A stretch of DNA of 59,769 nt from an uncultured virus (IMG/VR IMGVR_UViG_2061766007_000920) (IMGVR_UViG_2061766007_000920); one strand, 5' to 3'; positions 27,001 through 35,005 are shown, counted from the stretch's first letter. Notes: generated by a model not told the origin, from the letters alone. Made by a program: numbers and translations.

Positions 27001-27793
27001 TTCTTTCAGAACTGCCCGCAATATCCTTATCCCCAAATTTTTTCAGTTCGTTCGCTATTGTGCCAATAGCCCCTACATCAACGTTTTTAGTGTCTTTTAA
27101 GGCATCTGTGAGATTTGCAATGCCTTGTGTGGCTTGTCCTACAAATCCCCACTTGCGTCCATTCATTGTGTCTGTAAACGCATTTAGAGCCTGTCCAAGA
27201 CCTTTGATGTAAGAAAAATCTTTAACATCATTCTTCTTGAAAGACTCTGTTGCCTTGCTTAAATTAAGCAAGCCTAGTGCTACATCGTTTATACCTTTTA
27301 CATTATCATCAAGCCCGTTAAATGTATGAAGTGCCTCGCCAAGCTTTTTAATGTTTCTTATGCCAGTAGTGGCATCTTTTTCTACCTTAGAAAGCTTCTC
27401 AAGCACATCAACCATTTTGCTGATTCCGCCTGTTACTTCATTTATACCCTTAAGGTTTACACCTACATTGGTAAAAGATTGCAAGGCTTTACCAAGCGAA
27501 TCAAGCTGTTTGATGGTTTTATTTGCGTCTTTCGTAAACTCTGCAAGACCGCCTAACGCACCCTTAAGCTTTTCAATATCCTTGACGGTTTTATCAGTGT
27601 TCGACTTACCCTTCCCATAATTGTTGAGCTGAGTAAGCGCTGATGACATTTTGTCTAAAGAAATTGCGCCTTTTGATGCATTTGCTGAAAACTGCGAGAG
27701 TTTGCTTAGCGCAATTATGGCACTGTCAATACCATTTAGGTCGCCACATTCGGAGTCTACTTTAATGAGTAAATCTTCTAATTCTTGCGCCAT
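18056..27793 (-). CDS. tape measure protein, 3,245 aa, with large C-terminal insertion
   Basis: follows the chaperone pair; long helical region with periodic W/F (IDW/INW repeats); C-terminal GFQMGG...GELFVARENG.PEFVG motif. Confidence 0.9.
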   Translation of the reverse strand: MAQELEDLLIKVDSECGDLNGIDSAIIALSKLSQFSANASKGAISLDKMSSALTQLNNYGKGKSNTDKTVKDIEKLKGALGGLAEFTKDANKTIKQLDSLGKALQSFTNVGVNLKGINEVTGGISKMVDVLEKLSKVEKDATTGIRNIKKLGEALHTFNGLDDNVKGINDVALGLLNLSKATESFKKNDVKDFSYIKGLGQALNAFTDTMNGRKWGFVGQATQGIANLTDALKDTKNVDVGAIGTIANELKKFGDKDIAGSSERTVTTLQTLTKTFQTLGSTSSTVQDTMDKLVSGFQEADRGFYNVRESIEAITTDLDDSLKPIKNSNLFETLEKFKHLNDSYKNVGGLGQGLGSLISALDMLNGRDLQTKGLTQLLDYLKALSSDSSIESALQKFEKIGALAQPVASILNALKYTDFDEKNNVLTILGTQIKAFYDALPTNMDKFSYVFYALRDIINLAKDTSVSLPENNVISQLGKSLESFKGLDGIQNIQNLAEGLKSLSSWLHIMGNDSVNVEPILVIGEALTKLSGMGQGLNNFKIMVNNLKGLMKMNVSNLNGLELVLERLFDTLNVIPDGKIEALKDLGSVTRALDRLQEADPSKLNLIADALAKILNSLGSIQGSNNKISIKLDGSGVATFQKVVTSANRTWDDFANHLKQNIKDIDISSMFDTSAPLRQLERSLAEAERMLQQRLKTITEEYAKMQTTVATRQNYKDSSVFQTQVSKWATASAEANQLRTIIEQLHVAIEKAPRFNNENEGLKYIRNLKEEYERYASIMKQFNNGEDADSSSRMGRGFQAIKDRMVEIEEEIKKAQEDLDAMPEALQDASARAAAFADELERASKASEKIEQETRNSIGKGFTQFGQMLSGGKGDISKSVGKLSTLFGKGVQSGEIAMDAERLAGLSELAGTLGAVASALGAVAAVAGVVIAIFKTYYKIITELRDSIVKFTQSLMQFAKNMLSSVVGAFNAVAGAVNKAVSIVRSGAEIIVSALRKIGDFGKTIVSIFGKVGNAFAPAIKGLKALLLAVSPNFVKTLASSNFQLSKVIKQTHILKGAIKSITRYFSMLTRMLMRKSITAFLNAMKQAFEDMVLFEKHANDEMLQLNYNVSIIFSALRRLANQTIAIFEPLINAMASPVENFLTMLTGVAENISKFMAMLTGQPYYLRAKKFFEDYGQNVEDANKKVKNLTNGLDELNILNDKKDNKQNILPEDMFEKVPIDGTFDGIKVQVQDILDWMKDKLRDIDWDALQERARNFVKRLFEIVNTVLRDKEFWATLGKTVGEIVNYLFAIINEAVHDLDWKALGQAITTFLKGALETIDWALIRDTVVTLAKGLANMWNEIFADKQLWKDIGSTVAHVINDVIVAYLDTFAWNFNFKNMADSVALAIKTALEGINWSQVRHAVDGWTKGITDAVNQWARDTRLWNDIGNTIKHIINDIFINAFSDFSRIDFSSLTENLKNAITRALDIDWSTFRQGVKGWASNIADVINGVFADEAFLSKVTTSIAKFGNTIFEGLYKVVNDIKAYDIGSAIQGAIQKGLNGINWDEVFKFPADVVNKVSSALRGIFDSLPADFNLGKWLAEHLSITMEHIDWNAIERNVNDFSKNVVDTINGFLNNDRFWNNANVTLDKAIKVVIKFIEPILDIDLNALAKRVKDLVNSAINSGALERTVANAGQVVVDLVVAVDIALKGIKWGDLAKQISTGVADAIDKIFANKNNIKKMIQNAFGSFSTTIEETLKGMIDRNSFSKLADIIGETLLGIVTGAADFFDDVADEADKAMKQFSDRFVKFLKTNEKTIVKSLNTIIDGIVAIVDSFWDETSDIHRQMMKIVKQLKLGKLKGMLISVALRMFLLSLEQKDAISQAVLNDLDELAKEIAKVLMDYIPLLLKQVAKIMYTMLTVITFATNPFTGVAMALGALVASLIKKAFADKFDFSKTFDDVEPKGLDNGLTSFFGKIKKKIEDFVKKIKDFFGGNKSKDKYSVPVDVTPEMDDSYAKTWEDLFNKDKKVPITLKDPKLGTITASYINTDEITSKILIVEDIFADRLHVKDVDFNSNGVVEGSKKMGETYAGNSMNASGGTLTQFGIDYDKLRDTIVEALNIFYDAYDWKKFAENFKSNSNYEDAGAQLAKAFNKNVNWRDAGWLIATGFGGAYDWENFGRTMARAFREVLEDIDWAHFGEIIGRAIAKELKDIKIDASTSSTSSIFNPFMFGGESYDERDYGDAKYYEALKESDFASDYNALSNTTLSSTKVEPPIYTGSDTNTYKAKTISGALQDVYIKVDGKDYAITDGLSDDLKWKILSRNLKPIVKNSALDRTAEEKLIEELKKKWGNPKKGVTGNSSISTTTTSTTNTTSSQTTGGFADMFLGNSSISNIRKRLNKLGNMISGFFMSVEKGIRKFRDNLKGIFDGIADEFLNGLSEKADMELSKVLDVVRYYVAWIQVEFDKLNNIKLFKGISDNVNQEMAKVLDLVKAWLDRIKQSLESFKAPNILTGVAVGFQNELDNAYDYLVRWADRAKAKIDEIFAKLNEKLDGVITFEAHATTDSWNNATSRLIDAINALINKLGNIKCECTCCCNCNGCGNKDTPAVAGAKRDSGNSSTGGSSNSSSTGKSSGSSSGSTSGSSGGSSSTGGKTGGSASDGNGIVTADNGKDIFLYTNYGKVGLFALVDGQLVRLTDDLPIGLRRRIADGEFPITDSNGKKIDSGDRRTVLDFLKFRWGSNGGSSSSSTGGTAKTPSTGGTSKNPSTNGTNNTVSGGSSGGSSGGSSGGSTKDHEDKHSGGSSGGSSGGSDSSSGGSSGGSGGSSDGGSSNNTKKEKEEPKKSSWGATIPSGGYEQDGKIYNSDGSVYAVSNDKFKEEEKKRAKERKEKNPHKDDYYEGWADRHSDVSTGKVNYYDSDGNIIHSRQLDGKWGGKYYLGGQEVTEAQYRNKTTGLGATSLFVSQKYSGSGSAVIDSIDSWAKSKPSVLSSALNSSDSYLTTGSNQIRFLDANGNTITDRTQLEAIKAYIKDKYNLTPSENLYSASTTPSSVSDALNKYIEVLNKYNVKLGNIPREAVSALESLQTGYGTEVEFRNKDTGAKQSFNVYGVASGKGGTRYDISKFYNDPAWEFNDFSFTVGGRQTRGTKSDFENWYSNSFLVRGFQMGGIPNTGELFVARENGKPEFVGSFGNKAAVANNEQIVTAVANGVSMANESIKNAIENQTNILADTINNKDVNVQIGDRQIAEANNRGQKGLGNRFVD

Positions 27794-27867
27794 ACCATTC
27801 TCCTTTGTAACAAATTAAGGGATAGTGCTATAAGCACTATTTACTTATAGTCCACTATCCCTTGTTA

Positions 27868-28302
27868 TCAATGTGTTATGGGTTTGTTTTTTCTCATAGC
27901 ATTAAACTGTTGTACGTATTTCTCGAAATCTCTGCCTTCTTCAACCGCAGTTTTCTTTTGTTTGCCGCCAAATAAGTCAAACGGCTTTTGAGGGTATTTA
28001 GTGTTCTTTGCTAATACCGAAGCGACAGCATGTTGATTATAAAGACCATACAACCAAGCTTCAAGATTAGTTGCATTTTGTCTCGAATCCATATCCATTT
28101 CATACGCTTTTTCAAAAGGTTTTAACTTGCGAGGATTCAAATGCCAGAAAACATCATAAGGAACGTGCATCAATAATGCCGATGGAAGCCAACCCTCATT
28201 TACTGCCTCAGTAAAACTACTATACTTTTTTACTTCTTTGCTGTGGTCTTCCTTGTCTGAGGCTTCTTGTGGTCTTGAGGAGTCGGACGATTCCCAAAAC
28301 CC
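27868..28302 (-). CDS. tail assembly chaperone, -1 frameshift (GT) portion
   Basis: -1 frame is open from the slippery site GGGTTTT (28296-28302) into ORF 27868-28173. Confidence 0.75.
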   Translation of the reverse strand, partial: GFWESSDSSRPQEASDKEDHSKEVKKYSSFTEAVNEGWLPSALLMHVPYDVFWHLNPRKLKPFEKAYEMDMDSRQNATNLEAWLYGLYNQHAVASVLAKNTKYPQKPFDLFGGKQKKTAVEEGRDFEKYVQQFNAMRKNKPITH

Positions 28303-28595
28303 GCATCAGCCATAGCCTCCGTGAATACACCGAAGATATCCTCAAGTGAGCCACCATTGCCAAGATGCTGTGTAAGAAGTCTACCTGCTTCTCTAACAGG
28401 AATATTTGTCATTACAGCAAGAACACCTCTTGTAATAGTCATAAGTTTTGAACGGTCAAAACCTCCATCCATCATAGCCATTACATCAATTCCCTGTCCT
28501 TCAAGGTCACAAACAAGGTTTGTAAAATCAAGCTCTGCTACAGGAAGAAGCTGTGCGCCTTCTGCCGTCTGAATTGTAATTGTTCTTGTAATCAT
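28230..28595 (-). CDS. tail assembly chaperone (G)
   Basis: lies between tail tube and TMP; contains G GGT TTT slippery heptamer. Confidence 0.8.
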   Translation of the reverse strand: MITRTITIQTAEGAQLLPVAELDFTNLVCDLEGQGIDVMAMMDGGFDRSKLMTITRGVLAVMTNIPVREAGRLLTQHLGNGGSLEDIFGVFTEAMADAGFGNRPTPQDHKKPQTRKTTAKK

Positions 28596-28733
28596 AATTC
28601 TTTTTCTCCTTTTGTTCGCCTATAAACAAAATCGCCTAGTTTCTAATACATAGAAGGGGCAAGGCGTTAATCCTCGCCCCTTTCGTTTTTAGTATACCAT
28701 ATTAGATATCAATGTTAAAGGTTTACCTTTTTA

Positions 28734-29180
28734 TCAGCCACTAACTGACTCAACCTTCTTGATAGCCTGCTCACCCTCATCAGAGATAGTGATTGTCATA
28801 GGAATTGCCGCATTTGACTCGTAGCCTCCAACGTAAACTGAAAGCTTACCCTGCCACTCGAACTTTCCGCCTACACCATCATCTCCAATCCAAACTTGGT
28901 ATGTGTCAAGCTCCGAAGCAGAAGTCTTGTCATAGTCAGCTTCCATGATAGACTGCAAGGTATCATAAATCTCTGAATCGTACCATGCACTGAACTCGTG
29001 AGAAGAAACTGTCTGAATACCATTCATGTTCTTCTGTTTTCTATCAGAAAGCGTTGTAATATCTATCTGCTCGGGCGCTCCACCCAAGTCGGGTACAGAT
29101 GTAATATCACAAACTTTTGAGAATGTTGCTGTTCCATTAGGTTTTCTGTAAAGATATGAAACATTAGATAATACTGCCAT
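28734..29180 (-). CDS. major tail (tube) protein
   Basis: ITSVPDLGGAPEQIDITTLSD motif and synteny. Confidence 0.85.
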   Translation of the reverse strand: MAVLSNVSYLYRKPNGTATFSKVCDITSVPDLGGAPEQIDITTLSDRKQKNMNGIQTVSSHEFSAWYDSEIYDTLQSIMEADYDKTSASELDTYQVWIGDDGVGGKFEWQGKLSVYVGGYESNAAIPMTITISDEGEQAIKKVESVSG

Positions 29181-29289
29181 CTTTTTTCCTCCATAAATTC
29201 CCTAGCCATAAGGGAGAATTGCCTATGTTAAAGGTTGGAAACCGCTAGGCAACGGCTTGTCGGATGCGCTTTCCTATCCAACCAATGTT

Positions 29290-29652
29290 CTATACATCAA
29301 GCCTCTCGTATCTTGCCACGAAACGCTTTACGTTAGTAGGTGTCTCTATTGGTCTGAAGGTTCTACACCTAAATCCCAATGTTCTCATAAAGCTTCTAAT
29401 TTCAGAAGCCATATTTCTTGCTTGATTCATGTTTCCATCCGTGTATGTTTCTATCTGAAATGCCAGTTTAACTCCTACTTCATTGTTAGAAAGGTCATCC
29501 AATGCGGTAGGTGCATCAAGCAAATAAAAGTACATATACGGAATTTTTACATCATTTTCATTGTAATTTTGACCTGTCTTAAGGTTTGGGTACAGGCTTT
29601 TCATATATATACTTAAATCGTTATATATCTTATTTGTCTTATCTTCTACCAT
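29290..29652 (-). CDS. tail terminator/completion protein
   Basis: synteny and size; FQIETY...MRTLGF pattern. Confidence 0.65.
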   Translation of the reverse strand: MVEDKTNKIYNDLSIYMKSLYPNLKTGQNYNENDVKIPYMYFYLLDAPTALDDLSNNEVGVKLAFQIETYTDGNMNQARNMASEIRSFMRTLGFRCRTFRPIETPTNVKRFVARYERLDV

Positions 29653-30176
29653 TTAAGAACCTCATTCCTAATCTTTCTATGCTCTCCAATCAATCTTTCA
29701 ACCGCTCGATACATAAAAGGATTTGCGGGTATTCCGTTTGTTATATGCCATTTTCCGTCCTCGCCTTTGTACTTCCAGTAATCAAGACCTTCTTGATTAT
29801 GTACAATATACGAACCAGTGTTCCAATAAATATTATAAGGCGGAGGTAAGGCATTTAACCATTCGTCATTTATTCCTTCATGGAGATTAAGACCGATAAT
29901 ACCTGTTCCGAACTCTATAAACTGCACATGACCGTCAAAAACAACAACTCCTTCTGCACGTTCGCCATAATCATTGATATATACACTTTTCATTAATCCT
30001 AGCGCACTACTCGGAGCTTCTTCTAACAAGAGTTCTTTGAAAGTTTCCATCATAGCTTCTGTATACTTCATAGGAAACTCTTTTAAAATCTTTTTATAAG
30101 TTTCAAGTTTCTTTATTGCTTCTTGTATACTAGATACTCTTAATGGATTAACTTTGATTACCTTGTCCATAACCAT
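29646..30176 (-). CDS. HK97 gp10-like neck protein
   Basis: FIEFGTG...TNGIPANPFMY. Confidence 0.7.
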   Translation of the reverse strand: MVMDKVIKVNPLRVSSIQEAIKKLETYKKILKEFPMKYTEAMMETFKELLLEEAPSSALGLMKSVYINDYGERAEGVVVFDGHVQFIEFGTGIIGLNLHEGINDEWLNALPPPYNIYWNTGSYIVHNQEGLDYWKYKGEDGKWHITNGIPANPFMYRAVERLIGEHRKIRNEVLKW

Positions 30177-30543
30177 CTATCCTTTGGATAGCCCATACTC
30201 TTTGATATAAGCCTTTTGCAACTTTCTTGACTATATAATCTGGTTTTGTATCTGTTGAACCATCCTCTTTAAAGACAGGCGCTACATCTATAAAAAGCTT
30301 TGAATACTCATTAATCGGCAAATCCTGCACTGTTGAAATCATCTTGTCGTACACAAGGTCTCTTCCAAAAGGCGTGTCGTATATTTCTGAGGTATTCGCG
30401 CTTATCATCGCTTTTGCCTTGATAGGATTTGAATAGCTAGGTACAGTATCTCCCGTCAAATACCCGTCATCATCGACTTCCTCTACTTCACCGATATATG
30501 TTTGATAATAAAATTCTCTTTGATTACCGCTATAGTCAAACAT
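30148..30543 (-). CDS. head closure / head-tail adaptor
   Basis: synteny; DDDGYLTGD...Y..P pattern. Confidence 0.65.
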   Translation of the reverse strand: MFDYSGNQREFYYQTYIGEVEEVDDDGYLTGDTVPSYSNPIKAKAMISANTSEIYDTPFGRDLVYDKMISTVQDLPINEYSKLFIDVAPVFKEDGSTDTKPDYIVKKVAKGLYQRVWAIQRIDGYGQGNQS

Positions 30544-30555
30544 TCAATCACCTTC

Positions 30556-30885
30556 TTACCAAACATACGTTTTTACTGGTATCTGACTTAAACTGCTACC
30601 TATGCTTTCATCGCCACCAGACTGCCAAACTCTCCTAACGCCAAGCTCTGAAAATTCTTTCAAGCCATCGCGTTTAGCTACGTCTAAAGTTGTTTTAGCA
30701 AGGTCATAAATTTCATACTCATATCTGCTTATGAAATTCTCACGCTCCTCTGCGGTAGGTATATCACCCTCACCCCAAAAGTAATGATTTAATGCCATGC
30801 TTATTGCTCTATCAAGTAGCACTTCAAGCTGTGCGTCCGTAAAAGAAGTTTCTCCGATTATAGCTTTAAAAGTTTCTATACTCAT
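30556..30885 (-). CDS. head-tail connector (gp6-like)
   Basis: directly after capsid gene; helical; SELGVRR motif. Confidence 0.65.
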   Translation of the reverse strand: MSIETFKAIIGETSFTDAQLEVLLDRAISMALNHYFWGEGDIPTAEERENFISRYEYEIYDLAKTTLDVAKRDGLKEFSELGVRRVWQSGGDESIGSSLSQIPVKTYVW

Positions 30886-30940
30886 ATCAACCTCTTTTTA
30901 TCGGCTAGGACGTTTCATCCTAGCCGACTTATTTTTAATA

Positions 30941-31906
30941 TCAGCCCGATACTACTGAATCCTCGGGGAAGTCCTCAGAAAGACCAGTAATCTTAGCTGA
31001 GAGCCATTCTGCACCGTGGTCGAGACCAATCATACCGTAAATCTGGTAGTTGTCACCTGCACCAGTCTTTGCAAGAGGCTCAAGGAAGAAGTTACCCTTT
31101 TTAGGAGTAATCTGCTCCATAGGACGCATGATTGAAGGATTGAACACAAGTGCTGTTCCTACAGGAATTGTAGGCATAAGCTGTACTGCTACTGCTCCGA
31201 AAGGTGTAAGCACTGTCTGAATCTGCAAACCATTGATGTTACGCTCTCTAGGAACTGCTGACATGCCGTTCTTATTAGCGTCATAATCAAGCTGTGCAAG
31301 GTGTACTGCTGACATACCAACAACGATATTAGAAATATCGCCACCTGCATTAGCGATTGCCATAAGTGCCTTTGAGATAAGATTACGTGTGAGATAATCA
31401 CCACCTGCGTTAATCTCGTTGGTAGTAATTGCTGTAAGAATACCTCTTGACTTGTTTACCTCGTTGTCAGTTGTAGCCTTATTGAATACACCGTTGATAA
31501 ATGTATACTCAATATCCTGTGCAATCTTAGCCATCGCTCTCTCAATCTGGAATGTAAGTTCACTCTGAGGGTTAGGCTGTTGTCCTGCAACGTTAACGCC
31601 GCTCATTGTTCCCATATTAGCCTCTTTTGCGTAAGATACGCTTACAGACTCTTGGAAAATCTGAGTAACGTTTGTCAACTGACTTCTTGTTGAAACAAGA
31701 GCTTCGGGCGCTGTAAGTGAAGCGCTCTCTGAGATATTAGGCTGTGAACCCTGTACCGCATTGTAATACTGTCCTGTTACAAATTCCACATGATTAGTAG
31801 TTCCTCTATTAGCTCCGATAATTGTTGAAAAAGGAGTTGTCTCAACGCCCTTTCTGAACAACATTCCGCTAAAATTGGGAGTACCAAAACTCATAGCTGT
31901 TGCCAT
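30941..31906 (-). CDS. major capsid protein (DUF5309/SU10-type)
   Basis: TPFST...NVTQIFQESVSVS...DIEYTFING...LAKTGA; follows scaffold gene. Confidence 0.9.
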   Translation of the reverse strand: MATAMSFGTPNFSGMLFRKGVETTPFSTIIGANRGTTNHVEFVTGQYYNAVQGSQPNISESASLTAPEALVSTRSQLTNVTQIFQESVSVSYAKEANMGTMSGVNVAGQQPNPQSELTFQIERAMAKIAQDIEYTFINGVFNKATTDNEVNKSRGILTAITTNEINAGGDYLTRNLISKALMAIANAGGDISNIVVGMSAVHLAQLDYDANKNGMSAVPRERNINGLQIQTVLTPFGAVAVQLMPTIPVGTALVFNPSIMRPMEQITPKKGNFFLEPLAKTGAGDNYQIYGMIGLDHGAEWLSAKITGLSEDFPEDSVVSG

Positions 31907-31925
31907 TTCTTTTCCTCCTTAATGG

Positions 31926-32561
31926 TTATTGTGCGTTCTGTTGCGCCCCCATAAGCTGAGCTGTAATAGCTCCTTGAAGGTCGCCAGACGCAAGCTTTTC
32001 TTGATAAATTTTGTTATAATCAATCTGCCCGTTACCATTTCCAGAAGCGGGTTCTGGCATGTGTGCGTACAACTCTGCTGTAGTCTCTTCCTTGACTCTC
32101 TTTCTTTCGGATTCCAAAAATCCCTTGAGAAGAGTATTTACAGCCTCCTCTTCGCCTTCCATCTTCATCTGTGCAACTTTTGTTGCATAGTCTTTATCCA
32201 TTCCAAGCGCAAGGTAGCTGTCAACAGAATCCCTAAAAGCATTTTTCTTTTTCTCTTTTTCAAGCTCATCTCTCATAATAGCAATCTCTTCGGTTTGCTG
32301 TGTTGTCAGCGAACTCTCAGATGCAATCTTTTCGCTTAATTGTTTCTTTAAGCTACTAATCTGGCTTGAATAGTCGTCTATTATCTTCTTTTGCTTGCGA
32401 AGTTCAATCTGCATAGAAGCATTTGCCTTCAAAAGCTCAGAATCTTTAGGTTGTTCTACGTTCTGCCCTTCTTGTGTAGCAGTTGAATTAACATCCTGCT
32501 GTTCAAGGTTCTGCTCGTTCTGGTTAACAGTAGCGTTCTGATTGTTATTACTAAGTTCCAT
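31926..32561 (-). CDS. capsid scaffolding protein
   Basis: acidic/Gln-rich N-terminus, coiled coil, directly upstream of MCP. Confidence 0.75.
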   Translation of the reverse strand: MELSNNNQNATVNQNEQNLEQQDVNSTATQEGQNVEQPKDSELLKANASMQIELRKQKKIIDDYSSQISSLKKQLSEKIASESSLTTQQTEEIAIMRDELEKEKKKNAFRDSVDSYLALGMDKDYATKVAQMKMEGEEEAVNTLLKGFLESERKRVKEETTAELYAHMPEPASGNGNGQIDYNKIYQEKLASGDLQGAITAQLMGAQQNAQ

Positions 32562-32668
32562 GTTTAATTCTCCTTTGCGTTTAAATTTATTACACGCTTT
32601 TCTCTAAGCGAGTGCGTTTACAGTTCTCTCTGATTTATTTATATGTAAAAGGCTTATAGCCTCGAACA

Positions 32669-33361
32669 TCATTTATATTCTGTAGAACATCTACAGTTGT
32701 CAAGCTCACTTTCACTTGCTCCGAGTGAATCATCTCCCGCAAACATCATTTGAGAAGTACCAACATTAAAAGGTTCATCTATATCTACCGTAACGCCTTC
32801 CATAATTTCATGGGTAGGTCTTACTCTTTCATCTAATGATGTATGCCATATCTTTTTCTTGTTTTTCGCTTTTGCCTCGAAATATTCTTCATTGTTATAC
32901 TTCCAATTGGCTTCATTTAATGCGATTAAATTTGCTCTCGATTGACCGAGCCATGTTTCTATTTTGTCTGAGTTTGCGATTATAGCACTTACCGCAACTC
33001 CTTTTATTACTGAATCTACAAAATCATCAGCATCATTACGTTTGTTTTTAGCAGGAATAGCTGTTATATTGTTCCAAGTTACTTCTTGTATCTTTGAAGC
33101 TTTTCTAAAAGCCCTGTCTATAACCACCTTTGAATATGCGTCATTGGCGGTTATAGACGTTTTTGTTATCTCAAGATACTTGTCAACCATTTTATCTATA
33201 TAAGCCTCTTGATTACTCTTAAAACTGCCATTTAAGATATCTGCAAATTCCTCGTCAAACAAGTCCATAAACCAGTTTTCAAGTTCTTCCGCAAGAAGTA
33301 TTCTTCTTGCTTTTTGAGGCTCTGTTATTAACATTGATGCATAAAACAGTTCTGGCTTCAT
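32669..33361 (-). CDS. minor head protein (Mu F / SPP1 gp7-like)
   Basis: KIWHTSLDERVRPTH...NCRC. Confidence 0.85.
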   Translation of the reverse strand: MKPELFYASMLITEPQKARRILLAEELENWFMDLFDEEFADILNGSFKSNQEAYIDKMVDKYLEITKTSITANDAYSKVVIDRAFRKASKIQEVTWNNITAIPAKNKRNDADDFVDSVIKGVAVSAIIANSDKIETWLGQSRANLIALNEANWKYNNEEYFEAKAKNKKKIWHTSLDERVRPTHEIMEGVTVDIDEPFNVGTSQMMFAGDDSLGASESELDNCRCSTEYK

Positions 33362-34908
33362 ACATTTTCTACCTGTGCTACAGATGAGGGTTGAATCGAC
33401 TCAGCGACTTGTGATTTCTTTTCGTTATTTTCTCCACCCGCGCCATCTTCGCTCTTACTTGTAGCATCAACACCTTCGTTTGCAATCTTTTTCTGAGATT
33501 GTTCTATCACTTCTCTTGAATCGAGCCATGCCTGTTCTGAATCTGAGAACAAACCTACTGTCTGGAATGCCCAAAGACCATCTACTCCCGAATTGAGAAG
33601 CGTTGCCAGTGCGTTTGCCTTTGATATAAGGTCATAGTTCTTATTTCTTGGCATTGATATTTCTATATCAGATACATCTATTTTTGAGATGTTGTTGAAA
33701 TGTCTCTTATCAAGTTCGATGCTTTTAGCAACAAGTCTCAAGATTTCATTCTCTGGCTCTGTGAAATTCTGTTCCACTGCCTTTGCTGAAAGCTCTAGGC
33801 TCTGCCATCCATTTGAAAGTTGCATTGCTCCTGTGGTAGAACCACCGCTTGCTTCTTGCCAAGAAGGTGTTGCAGTTATTTCTTCAACTTGTCTGCTTAA
33901 GAAATCTGCGAACGATTGAATCTGTCCTTGGTCTAATACTTGAGAAAGATATGCTATTTTAGCTTCTTTTCCATCGCCATTCGACTTTGTGACAATCACT
34001 CCGTCTCCATCAATCAGCTTTTTCTTTTTTTCTTCATCAATCATGCAGTTGTGAAGCCAAAGCAATGACTGAACATGTTGTGCAACATCGTTTATTCTAT
34101 CTGAATTAAGAGTATTTATTCCATCAAGAATAGGTATTGCTTTTTCAAAAACACCCATCCTATCAGTGTTTTCAAACTCTACGATAGGAATTATGCCGTA
34201 CACATTAACTGTTTCATCAACAATAGTGTTTGCATTACCTACCACATAGTTCTTTATTGTGAAGCACTTATTAGGAGTGTATAACGTTGCAGTCATACTT
34301 CCATCTGCGTGTGTATTATAAGTTCCTCTTAATAGAGTTTCTCTAAACGCATCGTTTCTTACTACACTAAATGTCGTGAGAGGGTTAAGTGTAGTGATTT
34401 TAAATGGAGAATATTGATAGGATTTATCGTTTCTCCAAACCATTTGATAGCCAACACCGCATGTCATAAAATCTCTTGCAAGTTGTAGGTCTTTTTTTGC
34501 CTTGCTCTGCTCAGCCATCATTTTATTTATCATGGCTATGTTATCGCTATCCTCATTATATGAGGTCTGAGGTTTTCTCGAATCATCCTCGACTTTTCCT
34601 CTTTGAGCATAAGTAATAGGATTTCCAAAGCAATAACCTACATGAGTGTCAACAATCCTTGATGCTATATTAATTACCAACTTTTCATTTATATCTGGAC
34701 GAATATCTTTTTTTCTTTCTATAATAGGCTGTTTACCTCTTGTATAGCTAAAAAGAAATTCCTCTCGCATAGCATTTTTTTGATGTTCTGAATAGGCAGT
34801 TTCAAAGATTTCTAGTACATTATCTTTGGTGACTTCTTCAACATCTGTATATATAATTATTCTTCCATACGTGGAATCAGCGTTTACAATAACAGGCGTT
34901 GGATTCAT
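33358..34908 (-). CDS. portal protein, SPP1 gp6-like
   Basis: 516 aa; IVDTHVGYCFGNPITY, IPIVEFEN, ILDGINTLNSDRIND. Confidence 0.9.
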   Translation of the reverse strand: MNPTPVIVNADSTYGRIIIYTDVEEVTKDNVLEIFETAYSEHQKNAMREEFLFSYTRGKQPIIERKKDIRPDINEKLVINIASRIVDTHVGYCFGNPITYAQRGKVEDDSRKPQTSYNEDSDNIAMINKMMAEQSKAKKDLQLARDFMTCGVGYQMVWRNDKSYQYSPFKITTLNPLTTFSVVRNDAFRETLLRGTYNTHADGSMTATLYTPNKCFTIKNYVVGNANTIVDETVNVYGIIPIVEFENTDRMGVFEKAIPILDGINTLNSDRINDVAQHVQSLLWLHNCMIDEEKKKKLIDGDGVIVTKSNGDGKEAKIAYLSQVLDQGQIQSFADFLSRQVEEITATPSWQEASGGSTTGAMQLSNGWQSLELSAKAVEQNFTEPENEILRLVAKSIELDKRHFNNISKIDVSDIEISMPRNKNYDLISKANALATLLNSGVDGLWAFQTVGLFSDSEQAWLDSREVIEQSQKKIANEGVDATSKSEDGAGGENNEKKSQVAESIQPSSVAQVENV

Positions 34909-34920
34909 GCCTATCCTCCT

Positions 34921-34960
34921 AAAAAAAATAGAACCGAATTGGTTTCAATTCGGCTCTATT
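34921..34960 (-). terminator. terminator-like hairpin plus U8 in the portal leader
   Basis: AATAGAGCCGAATTG-AAAC-CAATTCGGTTCTATTTTTTTT directly before RBS AGGAGG. Confidence 0.65.
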
Positions 34961-34976
34961 GGCTCTCACTATAGTG

Positions 34977-35005
34977 ATTATAGCAAGGTTTACCAATCTC
35001 TACAA
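34977..35005 (-). promoter_or_regulatory. promoter for the head/tail operon
   Basis: TTGTAG-17 bp-TATAAT with extended -10 (TGc). Confidence 0.65.
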
